Assembly: GCA_963842945.1 (NCBI GenBank)
Contig: CAWJIM010000023.1
Coordinates: forward strand, 1-64,000
Direction of reading: 5' to 3'
DNA: 64,000 nt
From: an uncultured Gemmatimonadales bacterium
GTDB lineage: Bacteria; Gemmatimonadota; Gemmatimonadetes; Gemmatimonadales; GWC2-71-9
Shown here: positions 1 to 10,468 of the stretch, in pieces
Layout: each line of letters starts with the position of its first letter
Numbering within the stretch: the first letter of the stretch is position 1
Program-made: the position numbers and the translations under genes
The notes under the pieces: generated by a model
Told to the model about the DNA's origin: nothing
What the model saw: only the letters and a program-made list of their open reading frames with translations
Databases searched by the model: none

Positions 1-941
1 GCTGTCGACGAAGATACCGAGCGGTAAACGGCGCCGGCGGAGAGGGAGTCCGAGCTCGCTCAAGCAGGGCTCCAGGGCAGCGGCCAATCGCAGTACCCCG
101 AGCATCGTGGCTCACCAGAAAAAGGCTTCCCTCCTGGTCGATGGTGTCCAGGTTCACGAACTCGGTGCCCTCCAGCCGGCCGCCGGCGCGGGCAAAGACC
201 CTGGCCCCAACCAGGCCAAACTCCTCGGCTCCGGTAATGAGGATGCCGATACGAGGGTCGGTGGTGGACTCTGCTGCCGTCAGTGCCGCGGCAATTCCGC
301 TGCCGTTGTCCCGGGCGCCGTGCGAGCGCCCACGGAGCCTGCCGCGACCTGCCAGCGCCCCCGCCACGATCGCCAGAGCGAGCCCTAGGCAGCATGGCGG
401 TCCAGGGCAACGGCGCTCGCAACCGGAGGAGCGTGAGCAGCGTGAGGACAACCACGGTGAGAGCGGTGATCCACACGGCCACCAGTCGGCCTGCCATCGA
501 GTGCCCCTGGGCCTTGGTATCCAGGTGGGCGACGATCCAGCGGCGGCGGTTGGCTATCCCCCCGGGTTGCAATCAGGTTGGCGTCTTCGCGTGAGGGCTT
601 CTCCGAGCGGCACCCAGCCCAGGCCTACTCCCGCGGCAACGATGCTGAGACCGACGGCACCGGCAGCCCAAACCGCGAGGGCGACCCAGCAGGGGCCCGG
701 TTGACGCCAGAAACGGCAGGAGCACCACCCCCAACCCACCCAGCCCGGCGCCAAACAGCGGGAAAGCGCTGAGGCTTGCAGGGGTAAAGCTGAATTTTTG
801 AAGGGTTACCGTATAGCCGAGCTGACTGAGGTACGAGGAGACGATTGCGCGGGCTTCGCCGGCTTCCGCCGTGCCTGCTTCCCGAGGAGTAGACAGGACC
901 CGGCGGGTTAGTTTCGGCAAGCGGTGTCTCTCCGGCAGACA
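1..941 (-). CDS. M28-family metallopeptidase-like membrane protein (runs off the window start; start approximate; frameshifted)
   Basis: Joined frames give VAHLDTK, GARDNGSG and TGAEEFGLVGA, the Zn-ligand motifs of M28 peptidases, with hydrophobic segments between. Confidence 0.7.
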
Positions 942-949
942 ACGTGCTA

Positions 950-2030
950 TCAGGAGGAGGCGGCGCGCTTCGTCCGCCTCGGGCTGGCGAACGCATTTCC
1001 CGCCGTGGCCAACGCCGCCTTTTGGGTGTCGGCGGTGATCAGACCGGCCTCGATCAGCTCCTCGAGGTGCTGCTCGAAGGTTTGGCTGCCGAGATCTTTC
1101 CGCCCATCGGCCATGTGCCGTTTGAGATGGCTCAGTCGTTCGGGATCTTTGAGGCACTCCCTGACCGCGGGGGTCCCCAGCAGGATCTCCACTGCCACAA
1201 CCCTGGCGTCGCTCGTCCTTCTTGGGCAGCAGCTGCTGGGAGATGATGGAACCGACCGCCTCAGCGAAGCGCATCCGGCCCACGTCTCGCTCGGCAGGGG
1301 GAAGTGTTCCAAGTACCCGCTCGACCGTGGCGACGACGTCCGGAGTGGCAATGGTCCCGATGACAAGACGGCCGGTTTCGGCCGCCTTGAGCGCCGTATC
1401 GATGGTGGGGGCGTCTCCCATATCTCCCAGCACCACGACGTCGGGGTCCTGGCGGAGCGCGGCGCGCAGACCTACCACGAGGCCATCGGTATCCACCCCT
1501 ACCTCGCGCTGGGTGATCGAACAGCTGAGGTCTCGGTGCAGGAACTCGATCGGGTTCTCGATCGTCACCACATGCTTGTGCAGTGTCCTATTGATGTGGT
1601 GCACCATAGCCGCGACCGTCGAGCTCTTTCCGCTCCCGCTGACGCCACTCACCAGCACCATGCCGCGCTCCGACTCGGCGATCTGCTTCAAGACTTCCGG
1701 CAACCCCAGGGATTCGATGGTTGGCACCGCAAAGGGAATGACCCGCATGACGATCATGAACGACGAGCGCTGGCGCAGCACGTTGACCCGAAACCGTCCG
1801 ACTCCTGGCATGCCCCAGGAGCAGTCGAAGTCCCGGATCCGGTCGATTCGCGCCCGATCCTCCTCGCTGCTTATCAGCTTCAGGGCGATGGACTTGGTTT
1901 GGTCCGGCGTCAGCCGCTGCTTGGTGAGGGGGACCAGTTTGCCATTGATTCGGGCACGAAAGACGTCGCCGGCCTTGATGTGCAGGTCCGAGGCCCCACG
2001 CTCTACCGCAGCCTTGATGATCTTTTCCAA
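950..2030 (-). CDS. pilT: PilT/PilU-family type IV pilus ATPase paralog (one frameshift near 1220)
   Basis: ASDLHIKAG, GRFRVN, Walker [17 protein letters not shown]-terminus in ORF 950..1366. Confidence 0.85.
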
Positions 2031-2060
2031 CGGGTCCGCCGGGGTAAGGGTCGCGCCAAA

Positions 2061-3086
2061 TTATGAGCCGGGTTCACGCCGGGCCGACAGGGCCTGTGGC
2101 GTGGGACTCAGAAGCCCCATGCGATCTCGCACCTCTCGCATGGTTTCCGCGGCCATGCGGTGGGCGGTGGCCGCCCCATCCGCCAGGATCTCGTCCACCC
2201 GCTCCGACTGTTCCCGGAGCTCCAGGGCACGCTCCCGAATTGGGGCGAGGGCCGCGATCATATTATCGGCCAATACCCGTTTGCAGTCGAGGCACCCCCA
2301 CTTGGCTCCCCGGCAGTTTTCGGCCACCAGGGCAACGGTCTCTGGTGGGGAGAAGTACTGGTGCAGGTGATAAATATTGCAGACCTCAGGGGTCCCGGGA
2401 TCACGCTTGGTTACGCGAGCCGGATCCGTTTTCGCCGGTCTGAGCTTCTGCCAGATCTCCTCCGGGCTGTCCAGCAACCCGATGGTGTTGCCCATGCTCT
2501 TGGACATCTTGGCCTGCCCATCCAGCCCGGTAATGCGCTTGGCCTCGGACAGGATCGGCTCGGGCTCGGGGAAAAAGTGCTCACCTCGGCCAAACTCCGC
2601 GTTCCATTTCCGGGCGATTTCCCGACTGAGCTCGAGGTGCTGGATCTGATCCTCTCCCACTGGAACCAGGTCTGCCCGGTAGAGCAGGATGTCTGCCGCC
2701 ATGAGGATGGGATAATTGAGCAGTCCGGCCGGCACACTCTCGAAACGTTGCGCCTTATCTTTGAACTGCGTCATGCGCTCGAGCTCCCCGAGCGGCGTTA
2801 CTGTGTTCAGGAGCCACTGCAGCTCTGCGTGCTCGGGGACGTGCGATTGCACGAACAGAATGGCGCGTTCCGGATCGATGCCCGCGGACAGCAATCCGAT
2901 TGCCATCTCGCGGGTCCGCTGGCTCAGCGATTCGTGATCGTATTTCCCGGTAATCGCGTGCAAGTCCACCACGCAGAACAGGGTCTCGTAACTGTGCTGG
3001 AGATTGACCCAATTCCTGACCGCCCCCAGCCAGTTGCCAATATGCAGCTCACCGGAGGGCTGAATTCCTGAGAATATGCGGGGCAT
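2061..3086 (-). CDS. trpS: Tryptophan--tRNA ligase
   Basis: SGIQPSG, HIGN, VPVGEDQ, KMSKS. Confidence 0.97.
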   Translation of the reverse strand: MPRIFSGIQPSGELHIGNWLGAVRNWVNLQHSYETLFCVVDLHAITGKYDHESLSQRTREMAIGLLSAGIDPERAILFVQSHVPEHAELQWLLNTVTPLGELERMTQFKDKAQRFESVPAGLLNYPILMAADILLYRADLVPVGEDQIQHLELSREIARKWNAEFGRGEHFFPEPEPILSEAKRITGLDGQAKMSKSMGNTIGLLDSPEEIWQKLRPAKTDPARVTKRDPGTPEVCNIYHLHQYFSPPETVALVAENCRGAKWGCLDCKRVLADNMIAALAPIRERALELREQSERVDEILADGAATAHRMAAETMREVRDRMGLLSPTPQALSARREPGS

Positions 3087-3092
3087 CGAGGC

Positions 3093-3121
3093 AAGTTACC
3101 TTCCCCATCCTGAGCACACAA
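3093..3121 (-). promoter_or_regulatory. Putative sigma70 promoter of trpS, probably leaderless
   Basis: TTGTGT-17nt-TAACTT-6nt-ATG on the minus strand. Confidence 0.5.
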
Positions 3122-3125
3122 GCCA

Positions 3126-3915
3126 GTGTCTCACTTAGACTTACTGAACCAGGCAAGATCAGCGGCCGAGCAAGCCGCGCACTACCTCCGCACGGTGGAG
3201 CGACCCGACAGTCCCGCCGGATGGACCCTGAAGGGGCGGCGCGACTTCGTCACCGAGGTCGATCGCACCGCTGAGGGTATAATCCGAAACGTGCTCCAGA
3301 ACGGGGCCCGAGACACTCGCATCATTGGTGAGGAGCTCAGCCCAGACATCGTCACCGAAGGTCTGGTCTGGGTGGTAGACCCGCTGGACGGCACCACGAA
3401 CTTTTTGCACGGGTATCCCAGCTATGCCGTATCCATTGCGGCTGCAATGGACGGGGTCCTCGAGGCAGCGGTCGTGCACCATGTACCGCGTAATGAGACC
3501 TACTATGCCACTCGGAACGGAGGCGCCTGGATGGGAAACCGCCGGCTTCAGGTTTCCCAGATCCACGATCCCGGAGTTTGCGCTCATCGCCACGGGATTT
3601 CCCTTTCGCGACCTCACCGGGCTGGACGAGTACCAGAAGCAGTTCGGCCGAATCGCCGCGGCCACCAGCGGCATTCGCCGCCCGGGTGCGGCCGCCCTCG
3701 ACCTGGCCGACGTGGCTGCTGGCCGGTTTGATGGCTTCTGGGAACAGCATCTCTCGGCCTGGGACATCGCCGCGGGTAGTCTGCTGATCAGGGAAGCCGG
3801 CGGTGTGGTCACCGACTTTGGCGGGCGCGATATCGGGATCGAGCACTCGGGGGTGGTAGCCGGGAACCCCAGGATGCAGCAGTGGCTCCTCGCCATTTTG
3901 AGCGCGGGAGAGTAG
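3126..3915 (+). CDS. suhB: Inositol monophosphatase family protein (frameshift near 3570)
   Basis: [36 protein letters not shown]. Confidence 0.9.
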
Positions 3916-3962
3916 TTCATAGCAGTGCTCCAGCTTGGTCCACCACCCGAGGTCGTGCGAGG

Positions 3963-4625
3963 ATGAGGTTCCAGCCTGACATGGACGACATAGACATCCT
4001 GAGCAGCGAAAGCACGATTCAGCAGTGGTCCGATGCCGTGGCCGCTGCCAGCGCCACGCCTGCGGGTGGTGCCGTGGCTGCGCTCACTTCCGCCCTGGCC
4101 GCTGCGCTGGTGGCCATGGTGGCCGGCCTCACCACTCGGCGCGAGAAGTACGCGGCCGTGCACAGCTACGCTCAGGAGATACTGGAGCGAGCCGAGCTGC
4201 TCCGGATGGATCTGGTGGAGCTCGCCCGCCACGACGCCGTCGTTGTTGCCGAGTATATGGACGCGCTCACGCTGCCCCAGGGAACGGAATTCGAGCGGAC
4301 CGCACGCGATGCCGCCCGCCGTGCCGCCTTGCTGGAGGCGGCCCGGGTTCAGCTGGAGCTGTTGGATCAGGCGGCCGAGGTTTCAGCGCTGGCCGAGGCG
4401 ATGGTTGGCTCCGGAGTCGCCACAGCCATCGGCGACGCCGCCACCGCCAGCTTCCTTGCTGCCGCGGCAAGCCGCAGCGCGTACTGGAGCATTCGGGGAA
4501 ATCTCAAGCTGATCGGGCGGCCGGAAGAGACCAGGGCTCTGGTGGAATCTGCGGTGGTAACCTTGGAGCGGGTGGAGGCCGCCGAGATCAGAGTACGGCA
4601 GCTGCTCGACGAGCGGGTGGGCTGA
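3963..4625 (+). CDS. Formiminotetrahydrofolate cyclodeaminase/cyclohydrolase family protein
   Basis: TPAGGAVAALTSALAAALVAMVAGLT signature; helical Ala-rich protein. Confidence 0.8.
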   Translation: MRFQPDMDDIDILSSESTIQQWSDAVAAASATPAGGAVAALTSALAAALVAMVAGLTTRREKYAAVHSYAQEILERAELLRMDLVELARHDAVVVAEYMDALTLPQGTEFERTARDAARRAALLEAARVQLELLDQAAEVSALAEAMVGSGVATAIGDAATASFLAAAASRSAYWSIRGNLKLIGRPEETRALVESAVVTLERVEAAEIRVRQLLDERVG

Positions 4626-4634
4626 CGTTCCTTC

Positions 4635-5387
4635 TCAGTTGGTGGTCAGGATTCGCGGGCCATTCGCGGTGATAACCACGGTGTGCTCGAAGTGGGCCGA
4701 CAGACTCCCATCGGCCGTTACCACGGTCCACTTGTCCGAAAGCGTCTTGGTAACCGGACTTCCCACCGTGATCATCGGCTCGATCGCCAGGGTCATTCCC
4801 TCCAGCAGACGAGGTCCGCGCTTGGGCGCGCCGTAGTTGGGCACCTGCGGCTCTTCGTGAAAGCGCGTCCCGATGCCGTGTCCGACCAGCTCCCGGACCA
4901 CTCCATAGCCCGCCTCTTCCGCTACCCGCTGAACGGCATACCCGATATCCCCCACGTGATTGCCGACTCGCGCCTGGGCGATACCGGCGGCCAGACTCTC
5001 CTGGGTCACCCGCAGGAGCCGCTCGGCGTCTGAACGGACTTTCCCCACCGGGAGGGTGGTGGCAGAATCGGCGTGGAGACCCTCCAGCTGCACCCCGACG
5101 TCGACACTCACAATGCTGCCTTCGTTCAGCACCCGCCGGGGAGACGGAATGCCGTGGACGATCTCCTCATCGATCGAGGTGCACAGCGTCTTGGGAAAGC
5201 CGTACAACCCCTTGAACGATGGCGTGGCTCCGGGGTGACTCCGAATGAACCGCTCGGCTTCGGCATCCAGATCCTCCGTGCTGACTCCCGGGCGCAGGAT
5301 CTCGCGGATGCGAGCCAGGGTGGCCGCCACAATCCGCCCCGCGCGACTCATGATGTCGATCTCGCGGGGGGACTTGAGCGTGATCAT
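4635..5387 (-). CDS. map: Methionine aminopeptidase type I
   Basis: MITLKS start, VHGIP, DVG..DSA, GHGIG..FHEEP, EPM, HFEHT. Confidence 0.96.
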   Translation of the reverse strand: MITLKSPREIDIMSRAGRIVAATLARIREILRPGVSTEDLDAEAERFIRSHPGATPSFKGLYGFPKTLCTSIDEEIVHGIPSPRRVLNEGSIVSVDVGVQLEGLHADSATTLPVGKVRSDAERLLRVTQESLAAGIAQARVGNHVGDIGYAVQRVAEEAGYGVVRELVGHGIGTRFHEEPQVPNYGAPKRGPRLLEGMTLAIEPMITVGSPVTKTLSDKWTVVTADGSLSAHFEHTVVITANGPRILTTN

Positions 5388-5391
5388 GCTA

Positions 5392-5952
5392 TCAGCCGAG
5401 GACCTGGCGAACACGTTGGGCAATCTCTTCGACGGTGCCGACAGCGGGAATTCGCCGCAACTGATTCCGCCGCTCATACCATTGCAGCACCGGCGCAGTC
5501 TGCTGTCGGTAGGCGGCCAGCCGGGTGGCCACGGCCTTGGGATCGTCGTCGGCCCGTTGCTCCAGACTGCGACGCTTGGCCAGGCGGGCCAGGATCTCCT
5601 CATCGGAGACATCGAAGAACAACACCGCGTCCATCCGGCGGCTCCGCTCCGAAAGCAACCGCTCGACACCCTCCGCCTGCGGAATGGTGCGGACCACGCC
5701 ATCGAAGATGACGCCTTTGGCGGCTTCGGGCTTGGCCAGCTCCTCCCGCACGATTCCCATGATGATGTCGTCGCTCACGAGATGTCCCGCCTCCATCACC
5801 GACTTGGCGCGCAGGCCGAGCGGAGTGCCTCGCTTCACTGCATCCCGGAGCAGATCGCCGGTGGCGAATTTGGGTAGACCCCGCGTCTCCGCCAACAACG
5901 CACCCTGCGTTCCCTTGCCGGCGCCCGGCGGGCCCATCAGTAGTATGTCCAT
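5392..5952 (-). CDS. adk: Adenylate kinase, short-LID type
   Basis: GPPGAGKGTQ, TGDLLR, RADD; 186 aa without the Zn-LID. Confidence 0.95.
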   Translation of the reverse strand: MDILLMGPPGAGKGTQGALLAETRGLPKFATGDLLRDAVKRGTPLGLRAKSVMEAGHLVSDDIIMGIVREELAKPEAAKGVIFDGVVRTIPQAEGVERLLSERSRRMDAVLFFDVSDEEILARLAKRRSLEQRADDDPKAVATRLAAYRQQTAPVLQWYERRNQLRRIPAVGTVEEIAQRVRQVLG

Positions 5953-5967
5953 GATGACTCCTAGAAA

Positions 5968-6061
5968 GCGTAAGCGGTGAACAGCTGAACGGTGAAGTAG
6001 GGGGCTCCCGAGATCCTCCGAAGCCCCCTCCCGTTCACCGGTTACCGTTCACCGTTTACGC
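5968..6061. repeat. Inverted arms of CGGTGAA/CGTTCAC-type heptamers around a GC hairpin
   Basis: cggtgaa-cagctgaa-cggtgaa ... cgttcac-cggttac-cgttcac-cgtttac. Confidence 0.8.
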
Positions 6062-6065
6062 AGTT

Positions 6066-7379
6066 CTACATATACCGCTGCTGCCGCCCCCGGAACTTCA
6101 CCCGCCCGGTCTTCATGAAGCCGTCGTACTTTCGCAGGGTCCGATGCTGCTCGACCTGGGCGATGGTATCGAGGAGCACGCCGACCACGATCAGCACGGA
6201 GGTGCCGCCGAACCGAGCCTGCACGCCGACCCAGTTGGAGACCAGCACCGGGATCAGTGCGACGACTGCCAGGAAGAGACCGCCGGGCAGCGTCACCCGC
6301 GCCAGCACCGAGTCGATGTAATCAGCGGTGCTCGCGCCCGGTTTTACCCCGGGAATGAACGCTCCCTGCTTCTTCAGGTTCTCCGCCAGGTCCACCGAAT
6401 TGAAGATGATGGACGTGTAGAAGTAGCTGAAGACCAGGATCAGGACGGCGAACGTGAGGTCGTAGGGTAAATCGCCCGGATTGAAGAAGCTCGCGATCTC
6501 GGTGAGAATCGGGTTCTTGGTGAAGCTGGCCAGCGTGCCGGGAACGATGATGATGGTCTGGGCGAAGATGATCGGCATGACGCCGGCAGTGATCAGCCGG
6601 ATCGGGATAAAGGTCTTCTGGCCTTCGCGGATCCGCCCTCGGCCCATGACTTTGCGCGGAATCTGGATGGGGATTCGCCGAGCCGCGATGGTCATGCCCA
6701 CCACAGCCCCAACCACGGCCACCAGGATGGCGAGAAAAGCCACGGCCCCGATCGGCGTCACCACCCCACCCCGGATGAACTGGAGCAGCTGTAGCGTACC
6801 GGGCCAGAGTCGCTCCAGAATGGAGAAGGTGATGAGCAGGCTCATGCCGTTGCCGATGCCCCGCTCGGTGATCTGCTCGCCCAGCCACATCACGAAAATG
6901 GCGCCGGTGGTGAGCGTCACCACCATGATCAGTCGCGAGCCAAGGCCGGGGCTCGGCACCGCTCCGGGAATCGATTCGGTGAAGAGCGCGAAGGTGTAGG
7001 CCTGCGACAGTGAGATGAAGACCGTCAGATACCGGGTCCACTGGGTGATCTTCTTCTTGCCCTCTTCGTCCTTCTGCATCTTGCCGATGGACGGGGCTAC
7101 TCCGCCGGCCAGCTGGAAGATGATGGAGGCCGAGATGTAGGGCATGATGCCCAGCGCGAACACCGTCGCGCGGGAGAGTCCGCCACCCAGGGCGTCGTAC
7201 AAGCCGAAGAATCCCGCCGCCGCCGAATTCCGGATGAAGTCGGCCAGGGCGGTGACGTTCACCCCGGGCGCCGCGATGTGGGCGCCGACGCGGTAAATGA
7301 CCAGCGCAAGCAGGGTGAAGAGGAGCTTGCGCTTCAGCTCCTCGTCCATGGCGAGGTTGGGAACACGCGGTGCTGACAC
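6066..7379 (-). CDS. secY: Preprotein translocase SecY
   Basis: FALGIMPYISASII, GIGNGMSLLI, FIPGVKPG, FGGTS. Confidence 0.97.
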   Translation of the reverse strand: MSAPRVPNLAMDEELKRKLLFTLLALVIYRVGAHIAAPGVNVTALADFIRNSAAAGFFGLYDALGGGLSRATVFALGIMPYISASIIFQLAGGVAPSIGKMQKDEEGKKKITQWTRYLTVFISLSQAYTFALFTESIPGAVPSPGLGSRLIMVVTLTTGAIFVMWLGEQITERGIGNGMSLLITFSILERLWPGTLQLLQFIRGGVVTPIGAVAFLAILVAVVGAVVGMTIAARRIPIQIPRKVMGRGRIREGQKTFIPIRLITAGVMPIIFAQTIIIVPGTLASFTKNPILTEIASFFNPGDLPYDLTFAVLILVFSYFYTSIIFNSVDLAENLKKQGAFIPGVKPGASTADYIDSVLARVTLPGGLFLAVVALIPVLVSNWVGVQARFGGTSVLIVVGVLLDTIAQVEQHRTLRKYDGFMKTGRVKFRGRQQRYM

Positions 7380-7931
7380 TTACGCCTCGATCGTACCGCC
7401 GGCTGCCTCGATCTTTGCGCGCGCCGGCGCGGAAAGGGCCACGCCTTTGACTGTGTAGGCCCGGTCGGCGTCCCCGGTGCCCAGCAGCTTGACGGGCGAG
7501 TCCGGCTTGCCGATGAGACCGGCCGAATACAGCGTTTCGGGGCTCACCTCCGCCGCGCTCACCTTCTTCAGGTCCACCAGGTTCACCACCTGGGCCTCCA
7601 CTCGGAATGGATTGGTGAAGCCCCGCTTGGGTAGCCGGCGATACATCGGCATCTGCCCACCCTCGAACCCGGGATTGGTGGCACCGCCGGTGCGAGCCTT
7701 ATGGCCCTTGTTGCCCTTGCCGGAGGTCTTGCCCAGGCCCGAGCCCGGTCCCCGCCCGACGCGCTTACGGGACTGGGTAGATCCTTCGGCCGGCGACAAG
7801 GTCGAGAGGGTCAACCGCCGCTCCTGAGGCGCGGCAGCCCGGGCTGAGCGCGAAGCAGTCGCTCTGCGCTTGCCCGCCGCGCTGCCCCGCTTCCCCGCTG
7901 CCCCGCCTTTCACGCTCTTCTTATCTGCCAT
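7380..7931 (-). CDS. rplO: 50S ribosomal protein L15 with basic N-terminal extension
   Basis: RVGRGPGSGLGKTSG, GFEGGQMP. Confidence 0.95.
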   Translation of the reverse strand: MADKKSVKGGAAGKRGSAAGKRRATASRSARAAAPQERRLTLSTLSPAEGSTQSRKRVGRGPGSGLGKTSGKGNKGHKARTGGATNPGFEGGQMPMYRRLPKRGFTNPFRVEAQVVNLVDLKKVSAAEVSPETLYSAGLIGKPDSPVKLLGTGDADRAYTVKGVALSAPARAKIEAAGGTIEA

Positions 7932-8191
7932 CAGCTCTCCTGCGCCGGCGACACCTCAATGAGGTGACGCACCTTGACCAACATGCCCCTGATCGACGAC
8001 GTGTTCGGGACCCGCACCGTCTGCTGGTGATGGTTGAGGCCGAGCGAGCGCAACGTGCGCCGCATGGTTTCCGGGTGCCCGATCTCAGAGCGGATTTGCT
8101 TTACCGCCAGGGTGCTTGCCGCATCCTCGGTGGGGATTACCGCCGCGTGATGGGCCGGACCCTGACGGCCGACTGCCGGGTTGCGTCCCAT
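7931..8191 (-). CDS. rpmD: 50S ribosomal protein L30 (N-terminal extension)
   Basis: VKQIRSEIG..TLRSLGL..IRGM..VRHLI; position between rpsE and rplO. Confidence 0.9.
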   Translation of the reverse strand: MGRNPAVGRQGPAHHAAVIPTEDAASTLAVKQIRSEIGHPETMRRTLRSLGLNHHQQTVRVPNTSSIRGMLVKVRHLIEVSPAQES

Positions 8192-8194
8192 GGC

Positions 8195-8875
8195 TCAGCC
8201 CTCCTGCCGGGGCTTGTACGCGATCTGGTCCAGCTCGACTCCCCGCTCGCGGGCCACCTGGCGGGCAGAAACCAGCGTTCCCAGGCCATGCATCGTCGCA
8301 CGCACCATGTTATGCGGATTGGTCGAGCCCAAGCTCTTGGTGAGGATGTCGGTGATGCCGGCACACTCCAGCACCGCCCGGACCGGGCCGCCGGCAATTA
8401 CACCGGTTCCGGTGGCGGCAGGCTTGAGCAGTACTCGGCCGGCTCCGTGTTGTCCCACCACCTCGTGCGGGATAGTAGACCCGGTGCGGGGCAGCTCGAT
8501 CATCGAGCGCTTGGCCGCATCCACGGCCTTGCGCACCGCCTCGGACACCTCGTTGGCCTTGCCGGTGGCAATGCCGACTTTGCCCTTGCCGTCACCCACG
8601 GCCACCAGCGCGTTGAAGGAGAAACGACGGCCTCCCTTCACCACCTTGGCGACTCGATTGATGGCGATCACGTTCTCGACATGGTCGCTGGGCCGGTCAC
8701 GGTCGCCCCGGTCGCGTCGCGGACCACCGCGTCCGCCCCGTTCGCCGCCCCGTCCGCCGCGTCGCGGACGCTCCGATCCGGCCGGCCGCTCGGCGGTGGT
8801 TTGACCTTCGACGGTGGCCCCGCCTTCCAGGCTGGTGCCCTCGAGGTTGGAAGCGCCTACTGTTTCCTCAGCCAT
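8195..8875 (-). CDS. rpsE: 30S ribosomal protein S5
   Basis: [24 protein letters not shown]. Confidence 0.96.
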   Translation of the reverse strand: MAEETVGASNLEGTSLEGGATVEGQTTAERPAGSERPRRGGRGGERGGRGGPRRDRGDRDRPSDHVENVIAINRVAKVVKGGRRFSFNALVAVGDGKGKVGIATGKANEVSEAVRKAVDAAKRSMIELPRTGSTIPHEVVGQHGAGRVLLKPAATGTGVIAGGPVRAVLECAGITDILTKSLGSTNPHNMVRATMHGLGTLVSARQVARERGVELDQIAYKPRQEG

Positions 8876-9247
8876 CTAGAACTCCAATCCGCCCTCGCGC
8901 GCGCCGTCGGCGACGGCTTGCACGCGACCATGGTAACGATAACCCGCTCGATCGAACACTACCCTGCCGATCCCGGCCTCCTTGGCCTTCTGCGCCAGCA
9001 GCTTGCCCGTTCCTTTGGCCCGGCCGACCTTGCCACCGCCGTCGGCCTCCAGACCCTCGCTGTTATCGCTCACGCCCAGAAGGGTCACTCCCAGCTCGTC
9101 ATTCACCAGCTGGGCGTAGATATGCTTGAGCGAGCGGTACACTACCAGGCGGGGACGCTCCGCCGTGCCGCTCACCTTGCGGCGGACCCGCAGATGGCGC
9201 CGGTAGCGAAGCTGAGCCCGGGTCTTCGGTGCGTGAATAGTACGCAT
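8876..9247 (-). CDS. rplR: 50S ribosomal protein L18
   Basis: GTAERPRL, VFDRAGYRYHGRV. Confidence 0.96.
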   Translation of the reverse strand: MRTIHAPKTRAQLRYRRHLRVRRKVSGTAERPRLVVYRSLKHIYAQLVNDELGVTLLGVSDNSEGLEADGGGKVGRAKGTGKLLAQKAKEAGIGRVVFDRAGYRYHGRVQAVADGAREGGLEF

Positions 9248-9248
9248 G

Positions 9249-9788
9249 TTACTTGGCTCCCGTCTTGCCGGCCTTGCGGCGCACGTGCTCGCCTACGTAG
9301 CGAATGCCCTTCCCCTTGTAGGGCTCGGGCGGACGGACCGAGCGAAGCTCGGCCGCAACCTGGCCCACCAGCTCCTTATCGGCTCCTTCGATCTTGACCA
9401 TGGTGTTGTTGTCCACCGTGATCTTGATGCCCTTGGGCGCCTCGTACTTCACCGGATGCGAGTAACCCACGATCAGGTTAACGCCATACGGTTTTGCCTC
9501 GGCCTTGTATCCGACACCCTGGATCTCCAGGCTCTTGCTGAAGCCCTTGGACACCCCTTCCACCATGTTCTGCACCAGAGTGCGGGTCAGGCCGTGCAGC
9601 GCCTTGTGCCGCTTTTCCTCGCTGGGCCGGGTAACGGTGAACTGGTCGGCGCTGAAGGCCAGCTGCATCTCAGGATGGAGCTGACGGCGTAGCTCGCCGC
9701 GCGGCCCCTTGACCGCCACACTGTTTCCCTGCAGCTGGAGAGTGACGCCCTTGGGTACCGTGACCGGCTTTCTGCCAATACGCGACAT
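9249..9788 (-). CDS. rplF: 50S ribosomal protein L6
   Basis: MSRIGRKP, PEPYKGKGIRY. Confidence 0.96.
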   Translation of the reverse strand: MSRIGRKPVTVPKGVTLQLQGNSVAVKGPRGELRRQLHPEMQLAFSADQFTVTRPSEEKRHKALHGLTRTLVQNMVEGVSKGFSKSLEIQGVGYKAEAKPYGVNLIVGYSHPVKYEAPKGIKITVDNNTMVKIEGADKELVGQVAAELRSVRPPEPYKGKGIRYVGEHVRRKAGKTGAK

Positions 9789-9796
9789 GGCTCCTC

Positions 9797-10192
9797 CTAC
9801 CACACCACGGCGAGCAGCTCGCCGCCGAGGTTGGCGCTGCGGGCCTCGCGATCGGTCATGAGCCCGCGCGGGGTCGAGACGATGGCCATGCCGAGTCCGT
9901 TCTTGACCCGGGGCAGCTCGCGGCACTTCACGTAGCGGCGAAGTCCCGGGGTGGAGACTCGGCGAAGCTCGCGGATGACCGGCGCCTCGTTGTGATATTT
10001 CAGATACAGGCGCAGCACACCGTGCCCGCCGTCATCGAGGATCTTGAAGTCCGCGATGTAGTGATTATCACGCAGCAGCCGGGCGACCTCGCTCTTCAGC
10101 TTGGACACCGGCATGTCGACTCGCCGGTGGCCCGCGGAGCAGGCGTTCCGGATCCGGGTCAGCATATCCGCGACGGGATCAGTCAGATTCAT
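9797..10192 (-). CDS. rpsH: 30S ribosomal protein S8
   Basis: DPVADMLTRIRNA, STPGLRRY. Confidence 0.96.
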   Translation of the reverse strand: MNLTDPVADMLTRIRNACSAGHRRVDMPVSKLKSEVARLLRDNHYIADFKILDDGGHGVLRLYLKYHNEAPVIRELRRVSTPGLRRYVKCRELPRVKNGLGMAIVSTPRGLMTDREARSANLGGELLAVVW

Positions 10193-10206
10193 ACTCCTCT
10201 TTCCTC

Positions 10207-10392
10207 TTACCAGCTGGCCTTGCGCACGCCCGGGATTTCCCCCTTCAGGGCGAGCTCACGGAAACAGATACGGCAGAGACCGAACTTCCTCAGTACAGCC
10301 CGGGACCGGCCGCACCGCTGGCAGCGGCGCACCGTGCGCACCTTGAACTTCGGCGTGCGTTTGGCTCTTTCAATCCAGGCAGTTTTCGCCAT
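10207..10392 (-). CDS. rpsN: 30S ribosomal protein S14, Zn-binding 61-aa form
   Basis: RCQRCGR..LCRICFR, KASW. Confidence 0.95.
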   Translation of the reverse strand: MAKTAWIERAKRTPKFKVRTVRRCQRCGRSRAVLRKFGLCRICFRELALKGEIPGVRKASW

Positions 10393-10406
10393 CGTCTCCT
10401 CAACTA

Positions 10407-10468
10407 CGTGAACGGTGAACAGTCGAACGGTCGACTCACGTTCACGACTTTCTACTTCTCGACTCACG
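10407..10468. repeat. Heptamer inverted-arm element (GGTGAAC/GTTCACG-like)
   Basis: cgtgaac-ggtgaac-agtcgaac ... tcacgt-tcacgac-tttctac. Confidence 0.65.
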
